The notes below the pieces were generated by a model. The model was not told the origin of the DNA. It made no database searches and saw only the letters and a program-made list of their open reading frames with translations. The position numbers and the translations under genes are program-made. A DNA stretch of 64,000 bases, from the IMG/VR virus record IMGVR_UViG_3300021431_000003, positions 1 to 64,000 of that record. The stretch is one strand, 5' to 3'. Positions 19,176 through 30,400 of this stretch are shown here, in pieces; position 1 is the first letter of the stretch, and the number at the start of each line of letters is the position of its first letter. This stretch comes from a virus (Duplodnaviria > Caudoviricetes).

Positions 19176-19946
19176 ATGAATCAGGCAGTATTTAATAAGG
19201 CATTCATAGATGGTCGTATCTATGATGTCATTGACCAGAAAGATTTTGGATTTGTGACATATCATGGTGATGCTCTTGCAGTTAATGTAGGTAACTATAT
19301 TCTTCCTGTAAGAAATTCATCTCAGATTACTAAACCTGGAATCTATTTTAATGGAATATTCTATAATCTTGTAATGCCTAGAGATGAACTCGAAGCATTG
19401 GAATATTCTACGATCCATCTTGCTTATTTTGTATCTGCTTCAACTTTCAAAGATGTAGTAGCTGCAAAAGAAAAGCTTGAGAAAGATGAGTTTAATCATC
19501 TTGTATCTAGTACTAATATCTTCACTCCAATTATTGACCCTATTAATGATAAAGCACTCATTCTTGGTCTTAAGATGGCAGTAACTGATAAGCAGTGTGA
19601 TATTAATCGTTATGCAGAAAAGTTTGGTCCTGACTTTAATAATGATAGGAGAAAGTTTAATGGTAACGATATTACAGCAGCTAAGTATGCTTCTATATCT
19701 GGTAATCTTGATATTAGAACTACTCTTATCATTGAAGATATGCATCCTGGTGTAGCTAATCCTATGGGTAAAAGAATCATTCTTACATGGGTTGGTGATG
19801 GAGAACATGATTCTATGTATGAAGACTTCTATCGTCATTCTATTAAAGGTATGCCAGTATTGAATGATGATGGAATTGTAAAATCTAATGACGGTCAGAT
19901 TGTTACAGCTGAAACAATTGACGGTATTGAGATTAACTATTTCTAA
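19176..19946 (+). CDS. Hypothetical protein
   Basis: ATG 19176 with aaagga RBS; lies directly upstream of the RNAP subunit. Confidence 0.7.
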   Translation: MNQAVFNKAFIDGRIYDVIDQKDFGFVTYHGDALAVNVGNYILPVRNSSQITKPGIYFNGIFYNLVMPRDELEALEYSTIHLAYFVSASTFKDVVAAKEKLEKDEFNHLVSSTNIFTPIIDPINDKALILGLKMAVTDKQCDINRYAEKFGPDFNNDRRKFNGNDITAAKYASISGNLDIRTTLIIEDMHPGVANPMGKRIILTWVGDGEHDSMYEDFYRHSIKGMPVLNDDGIVKSNDGQIVTAETIDGIEINYF

Positions 19947-19951
19947 GGAGC

Positions 19952-21682
19952 GTGAATTCTATGTTTAACATTAGAGAATTTTTAGCTTCATATTCTAAAG
20001 AACACAGAGAGCCTTTTAACGAGGCTCTCTTCGTTAGAAGCGAATATGACATTATTGAAGCAGTTGAAAAGGTTATTCTCAGCGTTACAAATCATGATGA
20101 TAATCCTGACAGCAGATTTGTAATCAGAGTTAATTACTTCAATGTAATCGATGACTATATGAAGGTTAAAGAGATTCTCTTTGAACTTGAATCAGAATCG
20201 AAAAGACGTAACAAGAGAATCGACTATAACATTCATGAATTCATCAATCTCAAAGATAGCGATGTAATCCTTCTTGAGGTTAATTATCATGTAGAGGTAA
20301 ATGGAACTTCTGCAGACGGTTCTGTTTATATCGACATTCCTAAAGTAGTCAATAAGTATTACTTTAAAATTGCTGGTACTATATATTCTACTCTTTATCA
20401 GATCGCTGATGCATCGACATATAATAATGCACAGAGTAAGAAAAGAGATAGACATGTATCATTCAGACAGGTATTCCAAAAGTATAATATCTATGAGAAA
20501 CATTCAAAAATTGAAATGTACGAACTTGATATGAAGTCTGGAGATTTAGTACCAACAATTCAGGAGTGTATCAATTATACGATTGATCTGTTTGGTAACA
20601 ATATTCCTCTTTGTAAGTACTTCCTTGCAATGTATGGTTATATTGGAGCAATTCAGTATCTTTGTCTTCCTGAGATTCATATTACTCTTGATAAGCCTTA
20701 TATTGGTAAAGAGGCAGAGTATGTATATTTCAATAAGGATACTCTTTGGGTATCTGTACCGAGATACTTCTGGGCTAATTGTCCTGTAGTACAATCGTTT
20801 GTCTATGCTGTAATAACTAATCTTCCTAAGAAATGCGATAATGTAGACAATGTGTTATGTAGAGACTACTGGCTTATGATGCTTGGAGCAGACTTTAAAA
20901 ATAAGTCTATTGAAAAAGGTCAGGCTATGATGGATTCTGTTATGAGAAACTATGATATCTCTATGATTGAAGAGCTCAGGCTTCCAGAAGATAATAAGAG
21001 AAATCTTATTGATATCTTCCGTTGGGAAATGTATGAGTTCGATGCACTCTGGAATAAAGACAATTATGATATGACTTATAAGAAACTTAAGGTTTCGAGT
21101 TATATTGCTGGGTTTTATGCAAGCAAGCTGTCTTATAATCTTATCAATGCATCTAAGAGTCTTAATAGTCTTACTGCAGAAAAGCTTATGAAGAATCTTA
21201 CAATTCAGCACGATTATATACTTGACAATCTTAAAAGAAGCAATCTTGTATCTTATAAGGGTGCTGTTAATGATGACGATATCTTCTCTGTACTTAAATA
21301 TACTTTTAAAGGTGTATCTGGTATTGGAGAAAATAAAGCTAGTGCAGTACCTGTAAAGTATAGACTTGCTAATCCTTCTCATATCGGTAAAGTAGACTGT
21401 GATACTTCTCCTGCTGGTGACCCTGGTATGACAGGACTCATTTGTCCTTATGCGGATATCGGAGTTGGTAATTATCTTGGTGAGTTCAAAGAACCTTGTA
21501 ATTGGAGAGAAGTACAAGAAAGCGTAATGGATGATTATCGCAGAATCACATCTATGCGTTCTGTATTCCAAACAAGAGAAGAACTTTTAGGTACTAAAGA
21601 AGGTCAGGAACTCTTAGCACCTATTGAAAATATTATCAAGAATCTGGTACAGTTTACTGTAGGAACAGATGTCTATGAATAA
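19952..21682 (+). CDS. Non-virion RNA polymerase beta subunit, N-terminal half
   Basis: IDIPK...YFKIAG (beta a2-like); KYTFKGVSGIG...YRLANPSHIGKVDCDTSPAGDPGMTG ~ RpoB fork region R.VHP.HYG..CP.ETPEG.N.GL. Confidence 0.85.
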   Translation: MNSMFNIREFLASYSKEHREPFNEALFVRSEYDIIEAVEKVILSVTNHDDNPDSRFVIRVNYFNVIDDYMKVKEILFELESESKRRNKRIDYNIHEFINLKDSDVILLEVNYHVEVNGTSADGSVYIDIPKVVNKYYFKIAGTIYSTLYQIADASTYNNAQSKKRDRHVSFRQVFQKYNIYEKHSKIEMYELDMKSGDLVPTIQECINYTIDLFGNNIPLCKYFLAMYGYIGAIQYLCLPEIHITLDKPYIGKEAEYVYFNKDTLWVSVPRYFWANCPVVQSFVYAVITNLPKKCDNVDNVLCRDYWLMMLGADFKNKSIEKGQAMMDSVMRNYDISMIEELRLPEDNKRNLIDIFRWEMYEFDALWNKDNYDMTYKKLKVSSYIAGFYASKLSYNLINASKSLNSLTAEKLMKNLTIQHDYILDNLKRSNLVSYKGAVNDDDIFSVLKYTFKGVSGIGENKASAVPVKYRLANPSHIGKVDCDTSPAGDPGMTGLICPYADIGVGNYLGEFKEPCNWREVQESVMDDYRRITSMRSVFQTREELLGTKEGQELLAPIENIIKNLVQFTVGTDVYE

Positions 21683-21713
21683 CTTTTAAATAATAATGAA
21701 AGGAGGTGTCTCT

Positions 21714-21959
21714 ATGGCATCTGATAGTCTATATACAAGATATTTCATGTTCTCTTATGAGCATCTTAAGAAGATTCAAGAACTTGCTGATAAAAATGGT
21801 AATAAGAATCCACAACTCGGTAAAGTAATGGTCGCTGGTAATTATAAACGTTATACTTTTATGACTAGAGACCCTGAATCTTATTCTCAGAGATATAGCG
21901 ATGCAAGAGTTATCATCTCTGGTGATATTCGTAAAATTCGTTATACAGAACCTTATTGA
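21714..21959 (+). CDS. Hypothetical protein
   Basis: RBS aggagg; late motif at 21681. Confidence 0.65.
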   Translation: MASDSLYTRYFMFSYEHLKKIQELADKNGNKNPQLGKVMVAGNYKRYTFMTRDPESYSQRYSDARVIISGDIRKIRYTEPY

Positions 21960-21972
21960 GGATGGTGATACT

Positions 21973-22329
21973 ATGAATAAATTGTTTCAACCATTGAATG
22001 GAAACTGTCCTCATTGTGGAGGGATTGTCAATATAGTAGAAGGAATGGTATATGATTACACGTTAGATAAAGAAGGCTTACCTGCCTTCTTAAATAGCGA
22101 ACAGTATAGAGTTGCAGCATATTGTACAACTTGTAACAAATGCTTATTTGTGGCTCCTAATAATGCTGGTGGGTATACTGTATATCCAGACAATAATGCT
22201 ATTCCTATGATGATTCATTCTGTATATACAGATAAGCATCATCGTTCTTCTGCATTAGGAATTAAGCTCCTTGAATGTGAAGATAATCCATTTACTAATA
22301 TACTAGATGATGACGATTGTCCGTTCTAA
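21973..22329 (+). CDS. Zinc-ribbon protein
   Basis: CPHC...CTTC; acidic tail DDDDCPF. Confidence 0.6.
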   Translation: MNKLFQPLNGNCPHCGGIVNIVEGMVYDYTLDKEGLPAFLNSEQYRVAAYCTTCNKCLFVAPNNAGGYTVYPDNNAIPMMIHSVYTDKHHRSSALGIKLLECEDNPFTNILDDDDCPF

Positions 22330-22392
22330 AAGAATAAGGGGTAGTTTAAACTACCCCTTATTTTTTAACATCTTTATAAAGGAGATGATATT

Positions 22393-22806
22393 ATGGATGA
22401 TATCTTAACCTATATCACTAACCTATTTTTAGGTAATGGAGTTATTATTATAATTGGATGCTTTGTCGTTGGAATGTTTCTTAAAGGAAGTTTAAAGAAA
22501 CTACCAAATAAATATATTCCATATATTAATATGCTAATCTCAATTGTTTTAGGCTTTTTAATTCCTGGTACGTATGATGAAGAACCTATTATATCTAAGA
22601 TTATCATCTTAGCATTTCTAGGATTATCTTCTGTTGGATTTTATGAAGCCATCTGTACAGCAGTTAAAAATAGATTTAGCATTGATATTAATAAAATATA
22701 CAACAATATAGTAAATACTTCCAATGACTATAGCGTAGAGGAGGAAGAGTCGAATAATCAAACAGATGGGGCTGATTCCCAAGGTATAGACCAAAATGAA
22801 GAGTGA
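22393..22806 (+). CDS. Phage holin family protein
   Basis: Three hydrophobic helices, G.FLK...PNKYIP signature, acidic tail; late promoter at 22367. Confidence 0.75.
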   Translation: MDDILTYITNLFLGNGVIIIIGCFVVGMFLKGSLKKLPNKYIPYINMLISIVLGFLIPGTYDEEPIISKIIILAFLGLSSVGFYEAICTAVKNRFSIDINKIYNNIVNTSNDYSVEEEESNNQTDGADSQGIDQNEE

Positions 22807-22914
22807 TTAAATTGACAGTGTGCCTCCTAAAAGAAGCATGACCTCCTAGGCAATAGCCTGGGAGGTAAGCTTTTATTTTTTATTACACTATAAACATATA
22901 AGTAATCTATTGAC

Positions 22915-22990
22915 GAGGTATTAGCTCAGTCGGTAGAGCAATAGCCTTTTAAGCTATGGGTCGTGGGTTCGAATCCCACATGCCTCACCA
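22915..22990 (+). tRNA. tRNA-Lys(UUU)
   Basis: Cloverleaf GAGGTAT/ATGCCTC, anticodon loop CTTTTAA, TTCGAAT, encoded CCA. Confidence 0.95.
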
Positions 22991-23024
22991 TTAAAATATT
23001 TATAAAATAAAGGAGAGATTTATT

Positions 23025-23405
23025 ATGACACCTGTACTCGAAAACAGCAAGCAGCTTATTGTCAAGAAAGACAAGGTAATCTGTAAAGCTAAGGTTACTC
23101 CAGATAACTTTAAAAATACTGATTCTGTCGCAAGTCCAGCAAGATTTTTCGTATATGAACCTGAATTTATCGGTGTTGCAACTCTTAAGGAAGGAGATAC
23201 TGATAATGTAAGAGAAGCGATTCATATTGCTGAGTCTAAGATGGAAAGACAGTATTACAAGTATATTCTTTCTCAGTTCAAAGCAGAAAAGGCTATGCTT
23301 GAAAATACAATTCTTCCTGAAATCGATAATATGATTAAAAAGAATTCTAAGAATGTTGAATCTATCAATAATCATATTCTTGATATTGTAGATAGTATGG
23401 ATTAA
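23025..23405 (+). CDS. Hypothetical protein
   Basis: 126 aa with aaggag RBS; pattern FIGVATLKEGD.DN...A..IAESK. Confidence 0.7.
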   Translation: MTPVLENSKQLIVKKDKVICKAKVTPDNFKNTDSVASPARFFVYEPEFIGVATLKEGDTDNVREAIHIAESKMERQYYKYILSQFKAEKAMLENTILPEIDNMIKKNSKNVESINNHILDIVDSMD

Positions 23406-23445
23406 AACAATTCCAACCTTCACGGTTTGACATAAACATTGGTAT

Positions 23446-23780
23446 ACTGCCATGGTGACCAGTGTTGACCTCCTATTTATGTCTAGATTGTCTAGACCAC
23501 CCAGTAATTGTTAATCAATTACTGGGTGATAAATCATTGATATTGGGTGACTCCCAGTATCAGTGTCCATTGTTGTTATTAATTTAGTTTAATCAAAACA
23601 ACTGTGGAAAACGATGGCGGCCGCAGATGCAGGGCAAATCCCTGGTCTGGAACGAGGCGATTGAATTCTACAGTAGATGGATTTGAAATAGCTTGTTGAC
23701 TGGGACATGTCGTCAACATCATCATTCTAGATTCTGATGATTTCAAATTTGAATAAGGTAAGCTCTATAAGCTTATCGAA
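23446..23780 (+). ncRNA. Candidate structured non-coding RNA upstream of tRNA-Pro
   Basis: AACA-N6-TA at 23435; no ORF; series of hairpins and two multibranch domains. Confidence 0.5.
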
Positions 23781-23806
23781 CTTCCCAATTGATAACAACG
23801 CTAGTA

Positions 23807-23884
23807 CGGGATGTAGCTCAGTTTGGCCAGATCACCACATTTGGGATGTGGGGGCCGCAGGTTCGAATCCTGTCATCCCGACCA
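23807..23884 (+). tRNA. tRNA-Pro(UGG)
   Basis: CGGGATG/CATCCCG acceptor stem, anticodon loop TTTGGGA, TTCGAAT, CCA; one D-stem mismatch. Confidence 0.93.
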
Positions 23885-24060
23885 TCTGACTTTATGTCAG
23901 GCATACATCGTTCCCACAATCGTTGTAAAGAATTCATAGAAATGACTCCTTTTGAAACGGTAGGCTGAGCCCCGATAGGTTATTCCTATCGGGGTTTAGT
24001 CTGCTTTTACAGTATCGAGAACTAATATATAAACGTCAGCGTACGTATTAAGGAGGAATT

Positions 24061-26700
24061 ATGATGTTACTAAAGAGATTAAAGCTTGTAAACTATGGTG
24101 GTATATATAATGGTCTTGGTCTTAATGAAATTGAAATAGATTTTACTAGATGTCAACATAGAATTGTTCTTATTAAAGGCGATAATGGTTCTGGTAAAAG
24201 TACAATCGAAGGTGCACTTAAACCTTTACCTGATGATAATACATCTTTCATTGCTGGTAAAGATGCTATGAAAGAAATTGAATATATTGATGAGGTACAG
24301 AATATTGTATATTCAATTAGATTTGTTCATGAATGTAAAGGTTCTTCTAGAACAACCAAAGGATATATTTCTAAAGGACTATCTGGCTCTACAATGGTTG
24401 AATTGAATCCTTCTGGTAATATAACTTCTTGCAAAGATGTCATTTATGAAGAGCTTCAGCTTGACCCTAATTATATTGCTCTTACTCAATTATCTAGTAC
24501 TAAACGTGGTATTGCAGATTTGAAACCTGCTGATAGAAAGCGTTATGTTAATGCTATCTTATCTGCTACTGATGTATATAATGACATGTATAAAGTATTA
24601 GGCAAGAAAGCATCTAATCTTAAAGCACTTGTACAATCAGTTACTGCTAAGATTGATAATATAGGTAATGTAGTTCAATTAGAACAATCTATAAAGTCAT
24701 TAGATGAAAGAATCAGTGAATTTGAATCTGCTATAGAAAGACAGACTGAGATAATGAACAAAGAGAAAGGTATGCTTCAATCTATAGACCCAGATAATAA
24801 GATTCAAGAACGTATAGATAGACTTAAGAGTAGTCTAGAAGAATATCAGGCTAAACGTAATGAAGTCGACAAGGAACTTAGAAAAATATACACTAAGTAT
24901 CCAGATATTGCTACTATGAATATTACTCCAGAGCTAATTACAGAGTTAAAGAGCAAGCTTATAGAATTGTCTAATCAGGCTAGTTCTATTAATAGTAAGA
25001 TAAGTATGCTTATGGAATCTCGTAAAGCTGATAGTGCAGAGTTACAAGCTAAAACAGCTAAACTAAAATCTATCAATTCAGCAGGTTCTCTATCAGATAT
25101 CAAGAAACTCAAGAGAGAGTTAAATGATAAGAAAGCTATTATCGAATCTAGATGGGGTAATATAATCAATCTTAACAATATTACAGTAGATGAATTTATA
25201 AGCATCTATGATGTAATCAAAGAGATGATTAATGTAATATCTACCACTAATGTAATAACCAGTAATCTTGATACTGAATACAGAAACTGTATCTCAGAGA
25301 TTGAAAATATAGAAAACAATATAGAACAGCTTATAAATCATAATAATAAAATTGCTTCTGCTGAGGATAAAGTATTCATACTTGAGAAGAGACCTGTTTC
25401 TTGTAAAGATGATACTTGTCCTTTTATATCAGATGCATTAAAAGCTAAGTCATTGTTAGATGATATGCTTGCTATTAGAAAGAACTCTAAATCTATATCT
25501 CAATTGAATAGAGATAAAGATACTTTACAAGATAGACTTAATGATATTGATAATAGTAAGTATCTATATAAGCTCTATACTGCAAATCAGAGAGTATTGA
25601 GATTTCTTAACTTTGGATTTGATACGTTTGAAGATTGTATATATCATCTTAAGACTAATAGTAACAATATACTTGTTACACTTAGAGGTGTTATAGACTA
25701 TGCAAATGATATCGAAGAGTACAAGAAGATTAATCAAACTCTTACTGATATTGAAAACAAGTATCATGCTCTTTCATCTCAAGAAGACTTTGTCAATATG
25801 ATTGTATCTGATATATCTAGATTACAGAATCAACTTAATGAAGATACTAATACTATCACAGAACTCAATAACACGTTAGATAGTATTAATTCAGACTTTA
25901 AGAGAATAAGTCTTACAGTAGATTTGTATGACAGTTATCTTGAAAAGACAGCTACTTTAAACAATCTGGATGAATCTATTAGGATACTCAAAGAAGAAAT
26001 TGAGACTAATAGAAACAATATCGACAAGTTACAAAAAATAAACGAAGACCTTGAAAAGCTAGATGTTAATATAGCTAAGCTTAAAGAAGAGCTCAAACCT
26101 CTTAGAGAAGAGAGAGAATCTTTAAACTACAAGATTAAGAATAGTATTGAGTATACAGAAGAGCTTAACAAGTATCAGTCTATGTATGAGAAGATTGATA
26201 CTTTGAAATATTACTGTTCTCCTACAACAGGTATTCAGTTACTGTTTGCTAATATGTATCTTAATAAGATTCTTGCTAATGCTAATAGAATACTATCTGG
26301 TTTGTTTGGTGGTATCTTTACATTATTGCCATTAGTAGTAACAGAGAGTGAATTCAGAATTCCAGTTGCTGTAAACGGTGGTATAAACCATGATGATATC
26401 ACTAGTATGTCTTCAGCACAAGTATCTCTAATCTCTATGATTATATCTATTGCTTTGCTTAGTCAGACATCTACTAAATTGAATATCATTGTTGGTGATG
26501 AGATTGATGCACCGTTTGATTCAGAAAACAGAAGAGAGTTTATAACTATACTCTATCAACTCATGTCTCTTGTAAAGGCTTCTCAGTGTGTATTGATTAG
26601 CCACAATTCAGAGATTCCAATGAATGAATGTGATATCATTCTTCTTAAATCTGATAATGATGTAATTACAAGTGGTAATATTATTTGGTCTTACAGATAA
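24061..26700 (+). CDS. SbcC/Rad50-like SMC ATPase (recombination nuclease subunit)
   Basis: GDNGSGKST, long coiled coils, central CKDDTC hook, MSSAQ signature, IVGDEID, ISHN. Confidence 0.88.
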   Translation: MMLLKRLKLVNYGGIYNGLGLNEIEIDFTRCQHRIVLIKGDNGSGKSTIEGALKPLPDDNTSFIAGKDAMKEIEYIDEVQNIVYSIRFVHECKGSSRTTKGYISKGLSGSTMVELNPSGNITSCKDVIYEELQLDPNYIALTQLSSTKRGIADLKPADRKRYVNAILSATDVYNDMYKVLGKKASNLKALVQSVTAKIDNIGNVVQLEQSIKSLDERISEFESAIERQTEIMNKEKGMLQSIDPDNKIQERIDRLKSSLEEYQAKRNEVDKELRKIYTKYPDIATMNITPELITELKSKLIELSNQASSINSKISMLMESRKADSAELQAKTAKLKSINSAGSLSDIKKLKRELNDKKAIIESRWGNIINLNNITVDEFISIYDVIKEMINVISTTNVITSNLDTEYRNCISEIENIENNIEQLINHNNKIASAEDKVFILEKRPVSCKDDTCPFISDALKAKSLLDDMLAIRKNSKSISQLNRDKDTLQDRLNDIDNSKYLYKLYTANQRVLRFLNFGFDTFEDCIYHLKTNSNNILVTLRGVIDYANDIEEYKKINQTLTDIENKYHALSSQEDFVNMIVSDISRLQNQLNEDTNTITELNNTLDSINSDFKRISLTVDLYDSYLEKTATLNNLDESIRILKEEIETNRNNIDKLQKINEDLEKLDVNIAKLKEELKPLREERESLNYKIKNSIEYTEELNKYQSMYEKIDTLKYYCSPTTGIQLLFANMYLNKILANANRILSGLFGGIFTLLPLVVTESEFRIPVAVNGGINHDDITSMSSAQVSLISMIISIALLSQTSTKLNIIVGDEIDAPFDSENRREFITILYQLMSLVKASQCVLISHNSEIPMNECDIILLKSDNDVITSGNIIWSYR

Positions 26701-26713
26701 AAAAAGAGGGCGC

Positions 26714-27256
26714 TTATTCAGCGCCCTCATTCTTTTCTGTAACCAAGCCTATAGTTCTGAGAACGTAAGTATTCTTACCCTCTCTGCAAAGCTTTTCCCA
26801 ATACTCATCAGAGTAGAGTTTTGGCGAAACATTTTGTTCAATCACCGTCTCATATCCGATGATGGTAATTTTGTCAGAATCATCGCCATTGAATTCAATC
26901 TCACCTCCTTTTTCAATGACAGTGATACCTTTGAGACTGATATCACCAGCCTCAACAGCGGCCTCAAGATCAGGAGTCATATCCCAACCCTTGAACGAAA
27001 ACTCACCTTCATCATTAGTGAGTCTGGAAACGACAGTCGTTTCTCCACTCTTCGACTGCAGACTATAAGCAGAAAAGATGACTAGTATTGCTAGCAGTGC
27101 TACCACCATGAACCATAAAACAAACCTCAAAATATCAGCATCATAGATGTTAAGAATGAAATCTTTAACGCTGTTATTCTTGGTATTTGATGCAGTCTCT
27201 TCTACTGTGACATCAATGTTAACGTCTTCTGCTACTGTAAACTTCTTGTTTTCCAT
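26714..27256 (-). CDS. Single-pass membrane protein (early)
   Basis: TM segment FVLWFMVVALLAILVIFSAY; early promoter at 27313-27328. Confidence 0.65.
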   Translation of the reverse strand: MENKKFTVAEDVNIDVTVEETASNTKNNSVKDFILNIYDADILRFVLWFMVVALLAILVIFSAYSLQSKSGETTVVSRLTNDEGEFSFKGWDMTPDLEAAVEAGDISLKGITVIEKGGEIEFNGDDSDKITIIGYETVIEQNVSPKLYSDEYWEKLCREGKNTYVLRTIGLVTEKNEGAE

Positions 27257-27404
27257 AATAAACCTCCAGAGGTCGTAGAATCTTTATAGCTGTTTTACAG
27301 CAACCTCATCTTCTACTATAATAATATATAAATATGTTCTTGAAACATTACAAATGTGTCTGTTGAACATTCACATAATATCAAACTACGAAAGGAGTAT
27401 GTAT

Positions 27405-30400
27405 ATGGCTATTCATGTTAATGATTTGAAGAATCTTAAGATGTATAGAGGGTCTAATAAGTTATTTATTCCACTTGATAGAGATGATAACAAGAAAGGA
27501 AGCCTTATATATCTTTTAACACCAAACATCAGTTCTTCTATTGATATGATTAATAACCCTATGATTATCAATCGTAATTGGTTCAGGTCTTACTATGTAG
27601 ATAAATCTATCAATGCTATTATTAAAGCTGATACTGGAGAAATTCAAGAGTTTGTACAATACGAAGATGAAACTGTACAGGCTTTTATTAATGAAGGTAA
27701 GTTATCTTCTAAGAAAAGAAAAGAACTTCCTGATTCTGAATTTGGTATTCCAGAGACTCGTTCTTTTCCTCTTAATGATGTAGCTCATGTTAAAGCTGCA
27801 ATCAGAATGTTTAACCATTGTCCTGTAGAATATGAAAAGAAGCTTGCTAAGAATATCATTAAGAAAGTAAAACAGTATGGTATTACTGATATTGAAGTGA
27901 GTGAAGAAAACAGACTTCACGCTTTTTGGAAACCTATTAAAGAAGCTAAGTATGCAACATGGCCATTTCCTATCGAGTTTCTTACAAACTATAGATTTTC
28001 TTATTATAAGAGTGAGAAAGAAATCAAAGCTGAAACTAAAGAGTGTCTTAGTATTGTAAAGAATCCTTTAGATTTCAAACCAGTAGGAGAAATGTTTGTA
28101 AAAGCTAAGTTTCTTGTTAAGTGTCATGATGAAGAAGATAATCTTGCTGGATTTGCTGTAGCATATAAGCATCCAGTATATGGATTTGAATATTGTGTAT
28201 ATCTTGATGATGACTCTTTTGATAATGAAGATGCTAAGGAAGAGATTACAAGATATCTGATTCTTGTATTTAGAGATTATATGTATACTCATCAGACTAA
28301 AGATAGAATTGTTCCTGTATATTCTATCAATAGAGACAAGACTCTTATTAAGAGAATCAAGACATCTTATATTCAAGATGGTTCTGTATTAGATAGAGCT
28401 ACTGCACTTAAAGCACTCGGTAAAACTCATACTCCAAGTGAAAAATATCCTGTTGTATATATTGACATGGAGAAGCTTGGAAAGAAACAAGAAGATGTTA
28501 AAGAATCTTTCTCTGTTAATAATGTAATTGGAGAAACTTATCTTCAAATTGGAAATAATGTATACTTTCCTAATGATGATATCTTCTACGAAGATGCTGT
28601 AGATAATAAGCTTAGACAGTATATGTACGATGATAGAATTCGTACTCAGAAAGAACTACTCGATGTGTATAAAGTAGTAAAGTCTCAGTGTCCAGTTATT
28701 AAGTTTACAAAGACAGGTGCATCTATGTATAATGGATTAAATCTGTTCTTTGATATCTCTTATTATAATAAACTCTTTATTGATAACAATACTAGACTTG
28801 GTGAACAAGGTCTTAGAGTGTATTCAGAAACACTTAAACGTTTTCTTAATAATAAGACTATTGATAAGGAATATAAGACTAAAACAATCTTTATTCCAGT
28901 ACTGGACTATTATCACAAAGACGTGAATGTATTTGATTATAACAAAGACCTTAATCCTATAAGCACCATAGTACGTCTTGTTAAGCGTAATAAATTTGAA
29001 GAACTCAAGAGAATCTTTGGAAATAATAATGTAATCTTCTTTGGTTATAATACTTACTTTAAGGTAAACTTTGGTGAGTTCCAGAAGTCTCAGCTTCAGA
29101 GATTCATTTCTAATATCAATAATATCTTTAATAAATCTGTACCTGTAGATGATGAAATGGTTCAAGATTCTCCAGATGCAATTGTAACTGATATTGTAGA
29201 TAAGATTGAAAAGTCTCAAAATATTGAACTCTATGGAGCATTAGGAAAGCTTAGTATTCTTTCTAAACTTGAAGAGAAACCAGAGCCAGATAATAAGACT
29301 AAAGATGGTAAGAAAGAAACTCAAACCAAACCTCAAAAGAGTAGTGAATCTAAAAAACCTACATCTACTAAACAAGTAAAGGTTAAGGATAAAGATGATA
29401 AACCAAAGACAGAAAAGCAAGTTTCTAAAGAAGTTACAGAAAAGAAGAAAGAAGAATTAATCTCTAAAATTCAAGATGCTGCAGCTACTTCTACATCTAC
29501 AGAAGAGGCATTAGATAAGCTTGATAATGATGAGTATATCTCTAATCTTATTCAGGATATCTCTGATGAAGAATCTACTGAGATTAAAGCTTCTGCAACA
29601 CGTAAAGCAAGAATCAATTCTCTTAGTGATGATTTTAAAAAAAAGAATATCAAGGGTAAGTCTGTTAAAGAGTTAATTGAAAAGTCCAAAGAAACTAGTG
29701 ATGGTAAAGCACTTGAGGTAACTTCTGCTAATATCAATAGTATTAATAACGACCAATGGGATAATCTTCAATATATCAATTTCAATAATGAGTATGATGT
29801 AGATGAGGATATCATGGCTATTCTTAATTTCTTCTCTACAAGAACTGTTCCTGTAGGTATTAGAGATGTACAGGTAGAAAATACTACTACATCTGAAGAC
29901 CTTAAGGAGACTTGGACTGTACAATGTGAAGATATTTCTGGTACTAGATTCTCTCTTAAATTTGATATTCCATTGCTTAAGAATAATCGTTTCATGAGAA
30001 TCAAAGGTAATGATAAGACAATCAATGCTCAGTTAATGAATCTTCCTATCATTAAGACTGAAGCTGATACAGCACAGATTACTACAAACTATAATAAGAT
30101 TTTCTTCTATCAGTTTGGCTCTGCTATTGGTAAGTCTAATGTAGTTACTGGTAAACTTATCAAAGCATTAGATAAGTATTCTGGCAAATCTATCATGACT
30201 AGAAATGGTAGTAACAATATTACTGCATTGAAATATGAGATTCCTATGGATTACGCAGATATTGGTAAGGGATATGTTACTATTACTTATAAGAATACTA
30301 CATTCTATTTTGACCAAGATGAGATTAGAGAAAAATATGCTGATAAGATTGACCTGTCTAAGGGTCTTCCTATTGGATATGATGGTAAACAGATTATCTA

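Noticed and set aside
23427-23448. Host sigma-A promoter (TTGACA...TATACT)
   Set aside because: The spacer is only 10 nt; the site fits the phage AACA-N6-TA motif instead.
22926-23453. 175-aa minus-strand ORF
   Set aside because: Runs antisense through tRNA-Lys and the 23025 gene.
23625-23660. c-di-GMP-I riboswitch suggested by gGGCAAA
   Set aside because: The second conserved element (GACGCAAA) and P2/P3 layout are missing, and no gene lies directly downstream.
23885-23960. HDV-like theta ribozyme in tRNA trailers
   Set aside because: The trailers do not begin with the required G-initiated P1 and lack the nested double-pseudoknot pattern.
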